Assembly (NCBI RefSeq): GCF_009914755.1
Contig: NC_060933.1
Length of the DNA stretch: 64,000 bases
Origin: the human T2T-CHM13v2.0 reference genome, Homo sapiens
Reading direction: 5' to 3' (one strand)
The stretch's first letter is position 1. Each line of letters opens with the position of its first letter. Position numbers and translations under genes: made by a program. Shown here in pieces: positions 18,656 through 32,700 of this stretch. The notes below the pieces were generated by a model that made no database searches, had not been told where the DNA came from, and saw only the letters and a program-made list of their open reading frames with translations.

Positions 18656-21600
18656 CCCACTCTTGATTTCACAGCACCCATCTCTGGTCCTACTCTCTTT
18701 CCTTATACCCTTACCTGTCCAAATAGATGGCTATAGCCAGATGTTCGGGACTTTTCCCAAAATACACTTGACTATCCAAGAATGTTAAATATAATTTTTT
18801 GGATTTCAGAACCTGTAAGATCCATCTTATTGTGTCCAGTAAAACTCTAGCCTTTGGATTAACTTTTTGTTAAATCTTAACTGTTCTCAAATTTCTGCTT
18901 TCATTTCATTAGTTACCATTTTATTCTCTCCAAATCCCTCCTATCTCTATTCCTAATAGAAGTAGCTTTAATTTCCAAATGCCTTTGTGAAGATATTAAG
19001 AATGAATTATTTCCAAAGAATTATATGGGTACCATCCAAGTACTACCTAACACTTTCAGATGACATATGATTGTTTTTATTGTATTTGCATTTGTAAACA
19101 TTTTGTATTGTATAAATGTCATCCAAGGGCCTTAGTTGTGTGCAACAAAAATGTACTTTGGTTATTAATATAGAAAATGTTTTTATCAAAAATAATTGGG
19201 AAAATCAATGAATTTTAAGAGTTTGAAGAAATTATTTTAGAAAAAAATATTGCAAGAACATGGCAAGCTAGTCATATAGAATTATTCACACAGCCAAGCT
19301 GAGGCAGAGTCATGAAGATTCTGCTGCTGTTGCTGCAGCTGCCGAGCCACCTACCACAGTGTATGACACGGCCACCCCCAGTCTTAAATTCCAACTCCTA
19401 TTGCTCGCAGCTCTGCCACTGCTGCTCTGAGAAATTGGCTGCTGTCATTGCCACTGCCTCAAACAAAATAAATTCACCTCTTAAGAACTAGTTCCAGATT
19501 TGAAAATCCAGTGTAGGTACCTTGATCAGCAAGCTGCTTGAGAGCTGGAGTAGTATTTCCAGTTTCTCTTGTAGAAGGTATATTCCCTCTACCATCAAAA
19601 CTCACACTGAGAAGAATTCCCTCAAAATAGAAAGGAATTACACACACTGCACAGACATCAACTGCAAAACACAAAAGTATACTGATTTTTCATTTATGAT
19701 ACTAAATAAAGTTACCTTTATAGATTAATTTACTTTGATAAAAGACTTGCTTTGACTTACAAAATATAAATAAATAACAGTCAAGGTGACTTGCTAATAT
19801 GGCAGTATTTATGAAGAGAGTACTGGAATGCTTAGATTTTGGTTAAAACTGTTCTATTGCTCTGGTATTCAGTATGTTCAGGAAAACTGCTATGTTCTGT
19901 CAAGATCACAGGATCCTCATTGATGTGTCTATACTGATTGTAGCCTGGTTAACTCTTATTCCCTCTGTAAATGAAGACAACCCATCCTAAAATGGTCATT
20001 TGGAGAATTCTGGGTTCCAAGTTCTTAAATCTGTAAGCATTACATAGATAACACAGCTATGATGCAAAAAGTCATGTTGGCTATTGCAGAAAGCTCTGTG
20101 AGTACTGACTGAGGGGAAGCGGGTGTCATAGCTTCAAAATATGTATAATGTTAAAGACTCAAATTGCTGAACTAATAATAGGTTTTTGCTCATAAATACC
20201 CAGTGGGTTGAAGTGACCATACAGGTGTCAAATACATGAATATTAACAGAAAAGCCATGAAGGTTGCTGTTATTTTCACTAAGAGATGAGGCACATGATT
20301 CATATAGAGTGAAATTTGAAGGGACACTGGAAGGCAAAAATAAATGTATACATGTATACATAATCACAAATAATATTCATTCATATTACCAATTACAGAA
20401 AAAAATGAGACACACACAAGTGTCAAATAGATGGAGGTTGGTTATCAGCTTGATTCCTGAAACAGTTGTTGAATACGTAACTATAGCCACATCTTAAATT
20501 ATCACAGCCTTATAGCTTAAACCCGTAGTATTGACAGGTGGTAGAGTCTTCCAGCAAACCCTAATCTGTTGTGCTGACAGAATTGCTACATAACCCTCAT
20601 ATTTGCTGGGTAGTGAGTCAACTATAGATAGGTTTCCTGAGCTGTGTATTAAAATTCATCCAGGAACTCTAACCCAATGGTCCTGTTTCATAAAAATCAG
20701 AGAAAGAGAGGATAGCATCTTTATCCTAAAGCAGTCTATCCTAAAAAGAGAAGAAAAGAACTTCAATTTTATATTCCTAGACCTTGTTTCCAATCCCATT
20801 AATCAGATCAGTATAACTGCGTCTGATTATGTGAGATGGGGAGAGAGACCAGAAACTCTAATACTTTTCTCTGAAAGCAAATAACTCCTCCCAGATTTAA
20901 CAGCATGAGGAGGATAGGGTGCCACTTAATAATTCCCACATTTGGTTATCTAAACCCATTGAGCTTAGCAGTTCAGGTTGCTGTCAACTCTGAGGTTCTC
21001 CCCTTGAAGAAACAGAGTATAAATATGTAATTCAGGTTCACTCTCACTTTTATGAGACCACTCCCAAACGAATTGCACTTCCTTGGTGACCATTGTTAAG
21101 CAGTACAGCGTTTGCCCTAGAAAACTCTAATCTATTATATCAATTAAGTTACCTTTCAGACCAAACTGCTCTGTAGGCTGGAGCTTCATTTCCTCTTTTA
21201 TTACTCACTTCAGATTATCCCCAGCCAAACTGCTCAACAGAGATCCCCAGACATTATGTAATGAAAAAAATCAGTGGTATAAACCTGATAGAATTTGGTC
21301 AATAGAATCCCCTTTCTATTATCAAACACCTAAGGAGACATTGAAGTATAAAAAGAATTAGGCTTCTCCTTGTAAGTTAAAACCAAAAGAAATGAAAGTC
21401 TGTATTTCTTTCCAACCCATTTTCTTAATTCTGATGACTCTCAGCCACAGAGTCTCAGTTAGATACCTGCATAGAAACAGGGTTACTCAGCAGTTTTATT
21501 GATAATTTTTGGCTTAAGATTTACAAGTTAATTCAGAACATTTAATATGTCACAATACTTAATGAGGCCAGAGTTAATAATGCAAATAGGATTATTATAG

Positions 21601-24202
21601 CTCACAAAATTACAAATGTGCAAGAAAATTTTCAGACCTTATGATAATTACCCTAGGAAAAAGAAAAAAGGAAATGGTCCCATATCTTGACACTTAGCAT
21701 AAGCCAGACACACATTGCTTACTGTTATTAAAAAATGGCAAAAAAAAAAAAAAAGGCTCAGAGTACTAGGGAGTAGGGGGTAGCAGTGAAAAACTTGGAA
21801 AAAAATACATATTTTCTTGCATTTAGCCTCACCAAGATTTTAGTCTATTGCAACTGTAAAAAGAAAAAAAAAATGAACTTAAATGTAATTATGAAAAGTT
21901 ACTCACCAAGAGAGTGATGGTAATATGATCAATAAATTTGAGGGAAAATCTGCCTGTATCTTCATAGATAATATAACATCCTGTACATTTTTGACTTATT
22001 GAAAATTCTAAAAATTGCAATGATGACCCCCCTCTCACTTTGTCAACTCCTTATGTGTCTAATTTTCCTCAGGCCATAAACATAAAATCTCATCACTTCT
22101 ATTTTTCCTTTGAACCCTCTTTTAGACATTTTAATGCTGCAGGAAATCTGGACTCATCGATGCCATTTCTTTTCTCTCTCTCTGATGAACTGACACTGAC
22201 TTTTGTTACTGCCTGCCTGTTGTTTCAAAATGTCTTCAAATTCAAAACGTCTTTTGTACAGTTTTTCCACTGTGCTCATATTTTTTTTTTCTGGTGGTAA
22301 ACACCCAATTAAAATCCTGAACTAAAGCTGGTATTAAAATTTTGAAGACGCTTTACTTAGTAGGGTTCCAGTGAGGATAGACACAACAGCTGTACTACCC
22401 CTACCATAAAACAAAATTTTTTCTAAGATCTTTAATTTTAGAATTCAGTAACTTTTGCTAACTTCAAAAATAGTAGAAACATTTTGCAGTCTAAAATATA
22501 TATTTCTCTAGTGTTATGTTTTCCATTCTTCTATCCACACTCTTTTGTAGATAACTAAGGTGAGATGCTTAATTTCATAAACTTCTTAATTTGTTCACTT
22601 TTCTACTAGGTGTAAAGCTGGACTGTTTATTGGAGCTGAGGGCTTGTTTGCTTTCATTTTTTCTTTTCCCTTTATTTATAACCCAGATATATGTTTCCTG
22701 TAATAACTATGTAATTATTATGCAATAACTGTGTAATTTTGAATCTAGTAAACAATGCCCTCATATACTTGCTCAATATTGTCCAATTTTTGTCTTTACA
22801 CTTCAAAATGCTTTTAAAATTTTAAATAACGAATAATTCCCCAACCACTCATATTAGTGATTCCATATCTGTAGCTTTAAAAAAGTGTTTTTATATTTGT
22901 TTCTTTTCTGGGTTCTCACTGGGTCCTTAAATTTCAAAACCATGATTAAAACTTATGTATTACAAACTCATCACATGCTAACTAGATATGAGTGATGATC
23001 AATGACTTTAGGATTTATATCCACCCCTAAACTTCTACCCACATAAAAAGAGATTGCCATATTATCTTGGCTCTACACAGAGTTTGAAATAATATAAAGA
23101 GGAACAGAATTTGAGTCCTTTAATATACCATCCACTAATGCTCACCACTAGAATATTAGCAATAGCAAAACATCCCATACGTAAATAATCTGTCTCATGT
23201 ACAAGTTAGCTTTCTTCTATAGTTAAATGTTTAGCCTGCCATCCAAGTGGTAATCCAGAGGAAACATAGACAGTAATCAGAAATTAAAAGACAACTCTGT
23301 ATTCTAAGTCTATGCTACTCCTAGATAGGTTAATGTCAACAATTAAAACTCAAAAAGTTGTTAGGTACCAAAACCCCAAAATATTATACCAGGTAAAAAA
23401 ATAACTACCTAATAATGGAGAACAGTCACAGTGAAAGTGGCTTCAACTGGAAAGCTTGATCTTACTAATGTCTCCAACACTAATGGCTACACTTAAGACT
23501 ACATGACTTTATTATACCTACACTTGAATATACCTAACTTTATTTGCATTGGTTATCAAATGTAATTTCCTCTGTGTTTCTCATTGTCTCCCAGACAAAA
23601 CATCATTTGTGGTGAATAATTAACCATATCCTCTCGACCACTGAAACTGCTAATGCTATTGGAGGAAAACACACAAACACACACACAGACAAACACACCA
23701 CATATACACAGTGAGAATCATAAAGAAGTAAATCAACATTTTAACTTTAGTATTAATAAAATTGAATTGACAAAAAGGAATCAAATGTGTGATCACAATC
23801 AATTTGCTTAATATTGTCTCCATTATTTGTAAAGGGGTATGGCAATATGTCATCTGAATAATGAAAATTATTTAGCCATCTAAATTGAAGTAATGGCTTG
23901 CGGTCACCAACCCCCAGAAATCAAGAATATGGAGTCATAGATGTCAATCATGACTCAATGTGCTTACTACCCAGATTCAGGGAAGAGAAGAGAATTTCCT
24001 ATATGTTATGCTAAGCATGGATAATAGAGTGGAAAATAAAACAGCAGAGCCTGGGGCAGATAGGAGGCATTTACACATTGTGACAATTAGATAAAGCCAT
24101 CCTCCTTGCAAACAGGAAAATTCCTACAAATGTGAAGACATAGGAAAAGTTTGTATTGCTTTGTTTTAGCGTGAAGACAAATGACCTAAAAGACTGATAT
24201 TT

Positions 24203-24440
24203 GGAGGTGGAGACCATCCTGGCTAACACAGTGAAACCCGTCTCTACTAAAAATACAAAAAAATTAGCCGGGCTTGGTGGCGGGCACCTGTAGTCCCAGC
24301 TACTCAGGAAGCTGAGGGAGGAGAATGGCTTGAACCTGGGAGGCGCAGCTTGCAGAGAGCCGAAATTGGGCCACTGCATTCCAGCCTGGGAGACAGAGCG
24401 AGGCTCTGCCTCAGAAAAAAAAAAAAAAAAAAAAAAAAAA
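24203..24440 (+). mobile_element. 5'-truncated AluY-like SINE with a long poly-A tail
   Basis: gagaccatcctggctaacac...gtagtcccagc...gagaatggc...gcttgcag are AluY-type motifs. TSD aaaagactga(t/c)attt at 24188-24202 and 24437-24451. Confidence 0.95.
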
Positions 24441-24496
24441 GACTGACATTTAACTTTTTTTGCTACATTTTATCTGCCACTTAAAAGAAAACACAG

Positions 24497-25990
24497 GAGA
24501 GTGACATCACCAAAAATAGTGGAATAGGTAACACCAGGGCTTTTTCCATCCACAGAAGCAATTAACAGGCTGGCAAAACCTGGAAAGAATCAACTTTTAC
24601 AGAATTTTGGAATCACCCAAAACTTAAAACAACCAGGGAATGAGTGGATGAAAAAGGAAAGTGCTCCTTTGTGGTAAGAAAGTGTCATGGGGTTATGGGA
24701 TCTTTGGGGTGTCGATTTTCTTCCCAGAAAGCTCTGTGGCTGGTGGCACCTTTGCTCGAGTTCTTGTCCTGTGGTCAGGAAGAATGAGGTGCGCAGACAA
24801 GTGGAAGGTGAACAAGATGAAGAGGAGCTTTATTGAATGTAACAACAGCTCAGATGAAAACCACAGTGGTTAGCTCCTCTATGTAGGCAGGTCCTCTCAT
24901 GGAGTGTTCAGTTCTCAGCAGAGAGGAGGCCCTGGAGAGAATGGCTGCTCTCCACAGGCAGGTCACTGGGACGTCCTGCAGGTCTCTGAAGCTCTCGGCA
25001 GAGAGGGTAGCTCCTCTCTGCAGCTGGTCATCCTGTCATCTCAGTCCTCTGCCCTCTGCACTGGCTAAGCCTTGGGCTTTTATGGACCTCAGAGGGGAGG
25101 AAGTCCCTGCCGATTTTTCTATGGGCGGCGGGGGGCGGGCAAGGGGGCACGGAGGATGCACCTCAAGTCCCTACGCCTGTCCGGGGGACTCACAACATGG
25201 ACCCCAGCTTTCAGGCCCTCCCTAGCCTGAAGGAGGGGCCTTACCGGGTACCTGCCTCCTTCTGCCCAGGAATCTGTCTGCCTCCCACTGCCGTTCGTGG
25301 CCCCGAGGCTCAGGCCCAACCCCCTCCAAGATTGGAGCAGGCTGCCGGGAAAGCAGGGAGGCCAGGCAGTGGAAGTAGACCGCCACTGAACCTGCATGGG
25401 GTCAGGGGTAGTAGGAAGGACTTCCTGGGCCTCCGAGTGTGCAAGCTGCAGAGATGCTTGGGTCCTGCGCCTGGGAGGGCAGCCTCATGTGCACCCGGGG
25501 AGCTCCTGCCCCACCAGTTCAGAAGGGGTTGGACTTCTGCTTGTCCCCGGCTCCTGCCTGCTCCGCGGAGCAGGAGGCCTAGGTCTGCAGCTGCTGGTGG
25601 GGCTATTCCCAGAACACCCCTGCCACACCCACCCTCCACACCCACGGCATGAGCATGGCAGCCGCTGCCATCAATGGCATTTTGAATTCCTCACTTGCCA
25701 TCCTTCCCTCCTCATGTTGGTAGTGGACATCAGTATGGCAGCCCAAACTCCTGGAGTAGACTTCTAGCACGAAAGGGAACAACTAAAACTTTTATTCTTA
25801 CATAAATGTGATTGTCCATTTTCACCTTGTCTAGTCCCCAAGGGACTAGTAAAATGGCTTGTCTGTTTAGCCCATCTCAGAGCAGAGCATTCTCAGGGCT
25901 TGGGTGACCTTTGCCAAAAGCATCAAAGACATAAATACGGGCCACAGCAGACTGGAACAAGATATAACAGTTGGGACAAGCAACAGACAG
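24497..25990 (+). mobile_element. Ancient L1M 5'-region fragment, split by the MER52 LTR
   Basis: gagagtgacatcaccaaaaatagtggaatagg...ctggcaaaacctggaaagaatcaacttttacagaattttggaa resembles L1M 5' ends. The continuation after 25677 is less certain. Confidence 0.45.
24691..25673 (-). mobile_element. MER52-family ERV1 solo LTR (GC-rich)
   Basis: The minus strand begins tgatggcagcggctgcc and ends gaaaatcgacaccccaaagatcccataac, with AATAAA on minus (tttatt at ~24829). The 4-bp TSD atgg at 24687-24690 and 25674-25677 is typical of ERV1. Confidence 0.88.
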
Positions 25991-25992
25991 AC

Positions 25993-27655
25993 TTTTCTTG
26001 TGACATCCTTCCCTGGGTTTGTATAGGGGTGATACTGGTTTCCTAAAATAAGTTAGCGGGGAATCTCTCTTCCTAACTTTTTTAATAGTTTCAGTAGTAT
26101 TGGTATCAATTCTTCTTTCTGTCAAATTACCAAAGTCATTTTTTCATGGAATTAGAATAAATACAATCCTAAAATTCATATGGCCACAAAAGAGAACTTC
26201 AATAGCCAAGCCAATCCTAAGCAAAAAGAACAAAGCTGTAAGCATCGCATTCCATAACAAATTATACTACAAGCCTATAGTAACAAAAACAGTATGGTAC
26301 TGGTATTAAAAATAGACAAATAGATTAATGGAGCAAAATAGAGAAACCAGAAATACAGCCACAAACCTACAACCAACTGATCTTTGACCAAGTTAGCAAA
26401 AATCTAGACTGGTGAAAGGACAGTCTATTCAATAATGATGCTGGAAAAGTTGGATAGTCGTATGCTGAAGAATAAAACTAAACCCATATCTCTTACCATA
26501 TACAAGAAAAAACTCAAGATGGATTAAATTCTTAAATGTAAGACCCCAAACTTTAAAAAACCTATAAAAATTTAAAGAAACTAAAAGATCTATAAAAATA
26601 CTAAAAAAAATAAGAAAAACTGTTCAGGATATTTGCTTAGGCAAAGAATTTATGACTAAGACCTCAAAAGCAAATGCAACAAAAACAAAAATAGAAAAGT
26701 GTGACAAACTAAAAAGTTTCTGCATAGCAAAAATGAAAATAATTATAAACATACAACCTAACGAATTGGAGAAAATATTTGCAACTATGCATGTGGCAAA
26801 GGACTATATCCAGGATATACTAAGAACGCAAACAACCCAACAAGAAAAAAAATCAAATAATGTCATTAAAAAGTGAGCAGAATATAAATGTATCAAAAGA
26901 AGACATACAATCAGCCCCACAAACATTTGAGAAAATGCTCAACATCACTATTTATAAAATAAATGCAAATTAAAACACAATGAAATACCATCTTACACCT
27001 GCCAGAATGGCTATTACTTAAAAGTCAAAAAACAATAGACGTTGGCAAGGATCTGGAAAAAAGGGAACATTGATACACTACTGGTGGGAGGGAAAATTAG
27101 TGCAGCTTCTGTGGAAAACAGTATAGCAATTCCTCAAAGAACTAAAACTAGAACCACCATTCAATCCAGCAAGCCCACTACTGGGTATCTATCCAAAGGA
27201 CAATAAATCATTATATCAAAGAGACATCTGCACTTATGTGATTATTGCAGCACCATTCACAGTAGTAATTACTGAATCAACCTAAGTGTCCATCGATGGA
27301 TGGCTGAATAAAAACAATGTAGTGTGTTTGATACCAATACTACTGAAGCCATTATCCCAACTGAAATAACTCAGAAACAGGAAATCAAATATTGCCTGTT
27401 ATCACTTATAAGTAGGAGATAAACAATGGATACACATAGACATACAGAGGATGACTAATAAACACTGCGTACTCCAAAAGGTGGGAGGTTGGGAGACGGT
27501 GAAGTTTGAAAAATTGCCTACTGGGGACAATGTTCACTATTCAGTTGATGAGTACACTAAAAGCCCAGACTTCACTGTTATGCAGTATATCCATATAATA
27601 AAACTGCATTTGTACACCTTGAATCTGTTAAAATAAAATTTAAAGATATAAAAAA
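25993..27655 (+). mobile_element. L1PB3/PB4-like LINE-1 with a short inverted 5' segment
   Basis: ~25993-26118 is ORF2 on minus (ccttccctggg...gtgatactgg...ggtatcaattcttcttt). 26119-27655 is the ORF2 3' part (KTVWYWY) and a PB-type 3'UTR (aaaagcccagacttcac...) on plus. No TSD was resolved. Confidence 0.85.
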
Positions 27656-27664
27656 AGCATGGAA

Positions 27665-28070
27665 AAAAATATATATATACACACACACACACATAAACAT
27701 ATATGATGGAATACTACTCAGCCATAAAAAGAAATGAATTAATGGCATTCACAGTAACCTGGATGGAACTGGAGACTATTATTTTAAGTGAAGTAGCTCA
27801 GGAATGGAAAACCAAACATCGTATGTTCTCACTACAAGTGGGAGCTAAGCTATGAGGATACAAAGCCACTAGAACAATACAATGGACTATGGGGACTTGG
27901 GGGAAAGTGTAGGAGGGAGCTGAGGGATAAATGACTACAAATTGGACTCAGTGTATACTGCTCGGGTGATGGGTGCACCAAAATCTCACAAATCACCACT
28001 AAAGAACTTACTCATGTAACCAAATACCACCTGTTCCCCAAAAACCTACAAAAATATATTTTTAAAAAAG
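27665..28070 (+). mobile_element. L1PB1-like 3' end
   Basis: gatggaatactactcagcc...ctcaggaatggaaaaccaaacatcg...gggtgcaccaaaatctcacaaatcaccactaaagaacttactcatgtaacc. Sits in the A-rich tail of the preceding L1. Confidence 0.9.
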
Positions 28071-30497
28071 AATATACATATATAATATTGGTATTAATGC
28101 TTGATGTTAAATCAAATGTTTTTGATTTTTTTAAATATTCATACCAGTTTTACTCATGCATACAATTTCTAAATTAACTAATGTTTTTTAAAAAAATTCT
28201 TGAAATAAGAATTCTAATACATGTAGTAAGGTTGAATGACTTGTGTAGTAAAGTAAATCATACTTAAATACAAAAAATAAAAACTAAGTAGCTTTAATTT
28301 TGCTCATGTCATGTACTATGCTCTTTTACATATTTCGTTTTGTTATTTTAGATTAAAACTCTGGAATTTAGATATTCAAACTCATAAATAATAAAACTGA
28401 AGCTCAGAGAATATAAACTAAGTGTAGAGATGACATTCATACTTAGAATTAACACTTCTAAGCCAGGACTCTCTTCTTTTTAATTCTACATCTTGAATCT
28501 GCTCCAAGTATTAAGTAATCATGATTTAAATAATGCATTAATGACAACTTTAAAGGAAATTCAGCATTGCACCTAAATATCAATAAAATTAACCAAATGA
28601 GAAAAAGTGTTCAAAGATTTTGTCAAACCCTATTTTCAAAAGGAAACAAGGGTATTTCTTCTCACTTTGATTATAGCATTATCTGCTGGATACTTCATAT
28701 TTTAAGTATGTCAACATACTTAACGTGTCATTATTTATTCCTTAGTAGTGTGAGTGCACCCAAAGTACATAATGTATGTTACCAAGTGGGAAAGGACAAG
28801 GCTTAATTACATACACTATGAATGTATTAGGACCTAGACATGTTATCTGATTTTATCTTATTATAATTTTATGAGCTGGGTATTTTAAAACTGTTTAACT
28901 GAGAAATATTTATAACCGAGAGATAAAGAAATTATAAATCTGTATGTACAAGTCACAATTTTTATTAAGTGCTCAATCAGTACACACACAAAAATACTGT
29001 AAAGCTTGACAATTTTCCTTGCTGTCTCTACCTACACTCCCTCACAGTACAATTTTGGAGCTGTGCTGCATGACAATAGACATTGATTGTCAAGAGTTAT
29101 CAAGGTGAGGATAAGAACCCGCATGGTACCTAACCTCCATGTCCTGGAAAAAAAAAATACATATTTCCAGTTGCTTCTATGCTAACTTTATAAATAATGT
29201 TTGAAAAAATTCTATACATTTTTATGCATAGAATTCTATGCATTTTTATAAATAACATTAAAATAATCGGTTGAAAATAATATGTGAAGGAAGATCGGGA
29301 AATGAATATTGTCAGGAGCTCATATTTGGGTGAATGATTTCCTCTCTATAAAAGCATGAAATTGCCCTTATCCCTGTTACTGAACAGCTTTCATGAGGGT
29401 AATAAAATCTTCCAAGTCCATTCTACCTGGATTGCTGCTTGTCTTCAATATGTTACACTAAACATCTATAATGATTTGATTAGAAAAAAAGACTTATATG
29501 GTAATATATTTTATTTTGGTAATTTTATGGATTAACACATTGAACTAAATCTACATCTGACTTCCTACTACCTACTAGATTTCAAGTTCCTTAAAAATAT
29601 GATGTTTTTTCGTATTTTTGTTTCATTTCACCAACTAGGTTCTTGTTACATAGAACATACTCAGATAAAAGTTTACTGACCTAAACTATAATTCTGTGGT
29701 GAGAAAATAACTTTATATTAAAAATGAATCAATTTTCTTTTAAACTACTTTGATGTTTTAATACTTCATTAGGAGGCTGATTTATAGAGGAGGAATAATT
29801 CTGAATACATAGAGGACTAAAAATGACACTGTAATGTCAGATAAACCCTCTTGGCTTTTCCTAAATATAATTCAATTTGTTTCTTGACAAAGAAAAAAAT
29901 CATTAGAAACATGGGAAATCCAAAAGGTAGTAATAATTTTACAAAGTATAAAGTTTAAATTTAAACATACCTGAAGAATAGCAGAGTCTTATTTGATATG
30001 TTTACTTATAACTAAGACAATTTTGTTAGGGGTAAATAGATAGAATATCTGGATACAGGGCTCTGTATACACTTTAATAAATTAGATGTATTTTCTTTCT
30101 ATGAATTTATTTTGTAGATATGTTGTCTTGCTAGAATGGCTTGTTAGTATTTTAAAATAAATAAATCAAAATTAGTCAGGTAGGATATAACAAATTAATG
30201 AGTGAGGTGTTGTTTAAAGATATCTACATCCAGTCTCAATGATATAATAAAGTATTAATGATATAAATAATGATATAAAAAGTATTAAAGGTTTCAGTTC
30301 GTATCACATAATAATTGGTAGTTTCTTATATATTATAATTCATGGGAAAATACCAATTTTGCTACAGAAGGCAAATGTTCTTTCTGAGGAAGATAGATTC
30401 AATATTTATATACCATTTCATCTTTATACATATAGCTCTTAGGAACTGATGTTTGCCAATAGCCCTTCCTTGCATTTGGTATATTCCTATATAGAAT

Positions 30498-30535
30498 ACA
30501 CAGACACACGCACACACACACAAACACACACACAC
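30498..30535. repeat. Imperfect (CA)n microsatellite
   Basis: acacagacacacgcacacacacacaaacacacacacac. Confidence 0.8.
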
Positions 30536-30702
30536 GTGCTCCTGGTTTCTAGAAATGTTTCATGAAAGAATTTTTTTTTCTGTATACAGAAGCATACAAA
30601 ACCAAGAAAATTTAGATAAATGTTTTACTTTGTGTTTTAAATATCTTAATCCTAAACATTTTAAAAACTCATTCTGGATTAGATAACTGGGCAAATTTAT
30701 AT

Positions 30703-32700
30703 GCATTCATTTATTCCAGAAATATTTATCAAGCATTTACCATGTGTGAAGCTCTGTTGTAGAATCTGGAGATATAAAGATGAACAAAAGCAATACCGGT
30801 TTTCATAGAATTTACATAGTAATGAGGAAAAAGGGAAAATGATTCATGAAATCAACTAATAGTTAATATCATTTGCACTGGCGATACATGCTAAAGAAAA
30901 ATAGTGAAGTAAAATCTGACAGTAGCAAATAACAAGGTTTTACACAGAATGATTAGAGGAGGCCTGTCTAAAGAGTTAAAATTTAAAAAGATCTGAAGCA
31001 TAGGAAGCTACCACATGGGTAGAAACTTTCAAGAAGAATGATTATAACACTACAAACTAAAATAACGAAGACATAGAGGCAACAAATAGTTGGCAGCTTT
31101 AAGGGTAACAAGAAGATGAGTGTTAAAGCGAAGTGAGCACAAAAGAGAGAAAAAAAGTTGGATATGAGATTGGCAAGGTAGTCAGATGCTGGATCATGGA
31201 TATTTCCCCAGGTAATGGTAAGCATCTTATATTTTAAGTAGGGAATAAGATGATTAGATTTTCTTTGAAAATATCTCTGTAAGTAAAGTATGAATAAAAG
31301 GCTAAGTGTAAGACTGAAGGTAATTAGAATATTAAAATAGTATATTATGGGAGAATGATGATAGTGACTTGGACTAGGCTTATAGCAGTCATATTTGAGA
31401 AATATTTTTCATGCAAAGAAAACATGATTTACTGATGAACTGTATGTGAGGTGGGAAATAAAGAAAAGGAACAAGGGTAATTCTATGAGACATTCAAGTA
31501 GAGGTGTTTAAAAGGGAGTTGAATAAATGGATTTGGAGCTCAGTTGAGAAGGGTCCCAAATCTAGAATTTGGCTATATAGTCTTGATATTTAAAATCTCA
31601 TACTTTGATGAAATCATTGGGTAAATATTACAGATAGAAAAAATAAGAAGATAGGTATTTCCAAGAACACCTCACATCTTTTGAAATAGAAAGTTTAGAA
31701 AAAGATACTGAGAAGCAGCTATGAGGTAGGATGAAAACGTGAACAGTGTGATATCCCAGAAGCCAAAAAAGAAAAAAGAGTAAGAGGCAGGTGCTGCTGA
31801 AAGGACAATATGACAAAAAATGAGAAATAACTCTTGTGGTTGTCCAGAGGGAGGCCTTTGATGACCTCATTCAGGGTTTAGTGGTCAAAACTGTAATTTC
31901 TTTATTACTTGAGTTGAAGAGAGAATTGTGAAGTGTGGGAAGTAGACCCATTAGTAGAGATGCAACTTTAGGTAAGTGAGCATTAGGCAGAGAAGACTTT
32001 GAAGGCAAGACAATTTCCAGTTTTGTGATGGGATATGTAGTGCATTGTATTCAGACGCTAATTACCCAACAGATAAAATACTTATAAAGCAGGTAAAACA
32101 GAAGAAAATTACAGAGGCAAAGTGCGAATAGAAGAGATGGTCTGAAATCTTGTGCACAGTTGAAAAGGTTGGACTCAGATAGGCATAGGAACTGATATTT
32201 CATTGTTAAAAGATTTTCAACAACCCAACACTGTGAAATAGGAGATAATGGTAAGGAAGTGGGATGATTAAAAATTAAGGTTTTAGATGTATTATTTGTG
32301 AGGACTGGATTAAGGCTATAAGAGTAGGTGATTGAATAGGAGGGAAAATACATATTTTAAGGTGAGGTGGTCAAAGACAGTGGATAAGAATATGGATAAT
32401 GGATGGGATATTGAAGTCACCCTCAATGATACCAGGAAGAGTGATAAAGAGGAAGACATGTAGTCATAGAGGGCTGAAAGCTTCAAAAAAGAGGGGCTGT
32501 GACTATGAGGTCAGTAAGTAGCGCAACAAAGACGGGCAGCAGATACAGAAATCTGATGTATACATTTTAGGTAGGGTTTTTGAGAGAGAAACCATGACAC
32601 ATGTCTTAGAATCAGCACTAAGGAGCAAAGTAGACAACTCCAAGCCCTGAGAGCAAAACATACACTATTGAAGATCACAAGGGAATGAGGCCCCACAGGT
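30703..32700 (-). mobile_element. L2 LINE remnant (highly diverged)
   Basis: Starts with the antisense L2 3'-end motif attcatttattccagaaatatttatcaagcatttaccatgtgtg, followed by purine-rich L2-like text (ggatttggagctcagttgagaagg, gtgatatcccagaagccaa). Boundaries are approximate. Confidence 0.65.

Noticed and set aside
24899-25767. Overlapping 92-151 aa ORFs resembling a CpG-island gene start
   Set aside because: They start within a GC-rich MER52 LTR bounded by a TSD; scarce stop codons explain their length.
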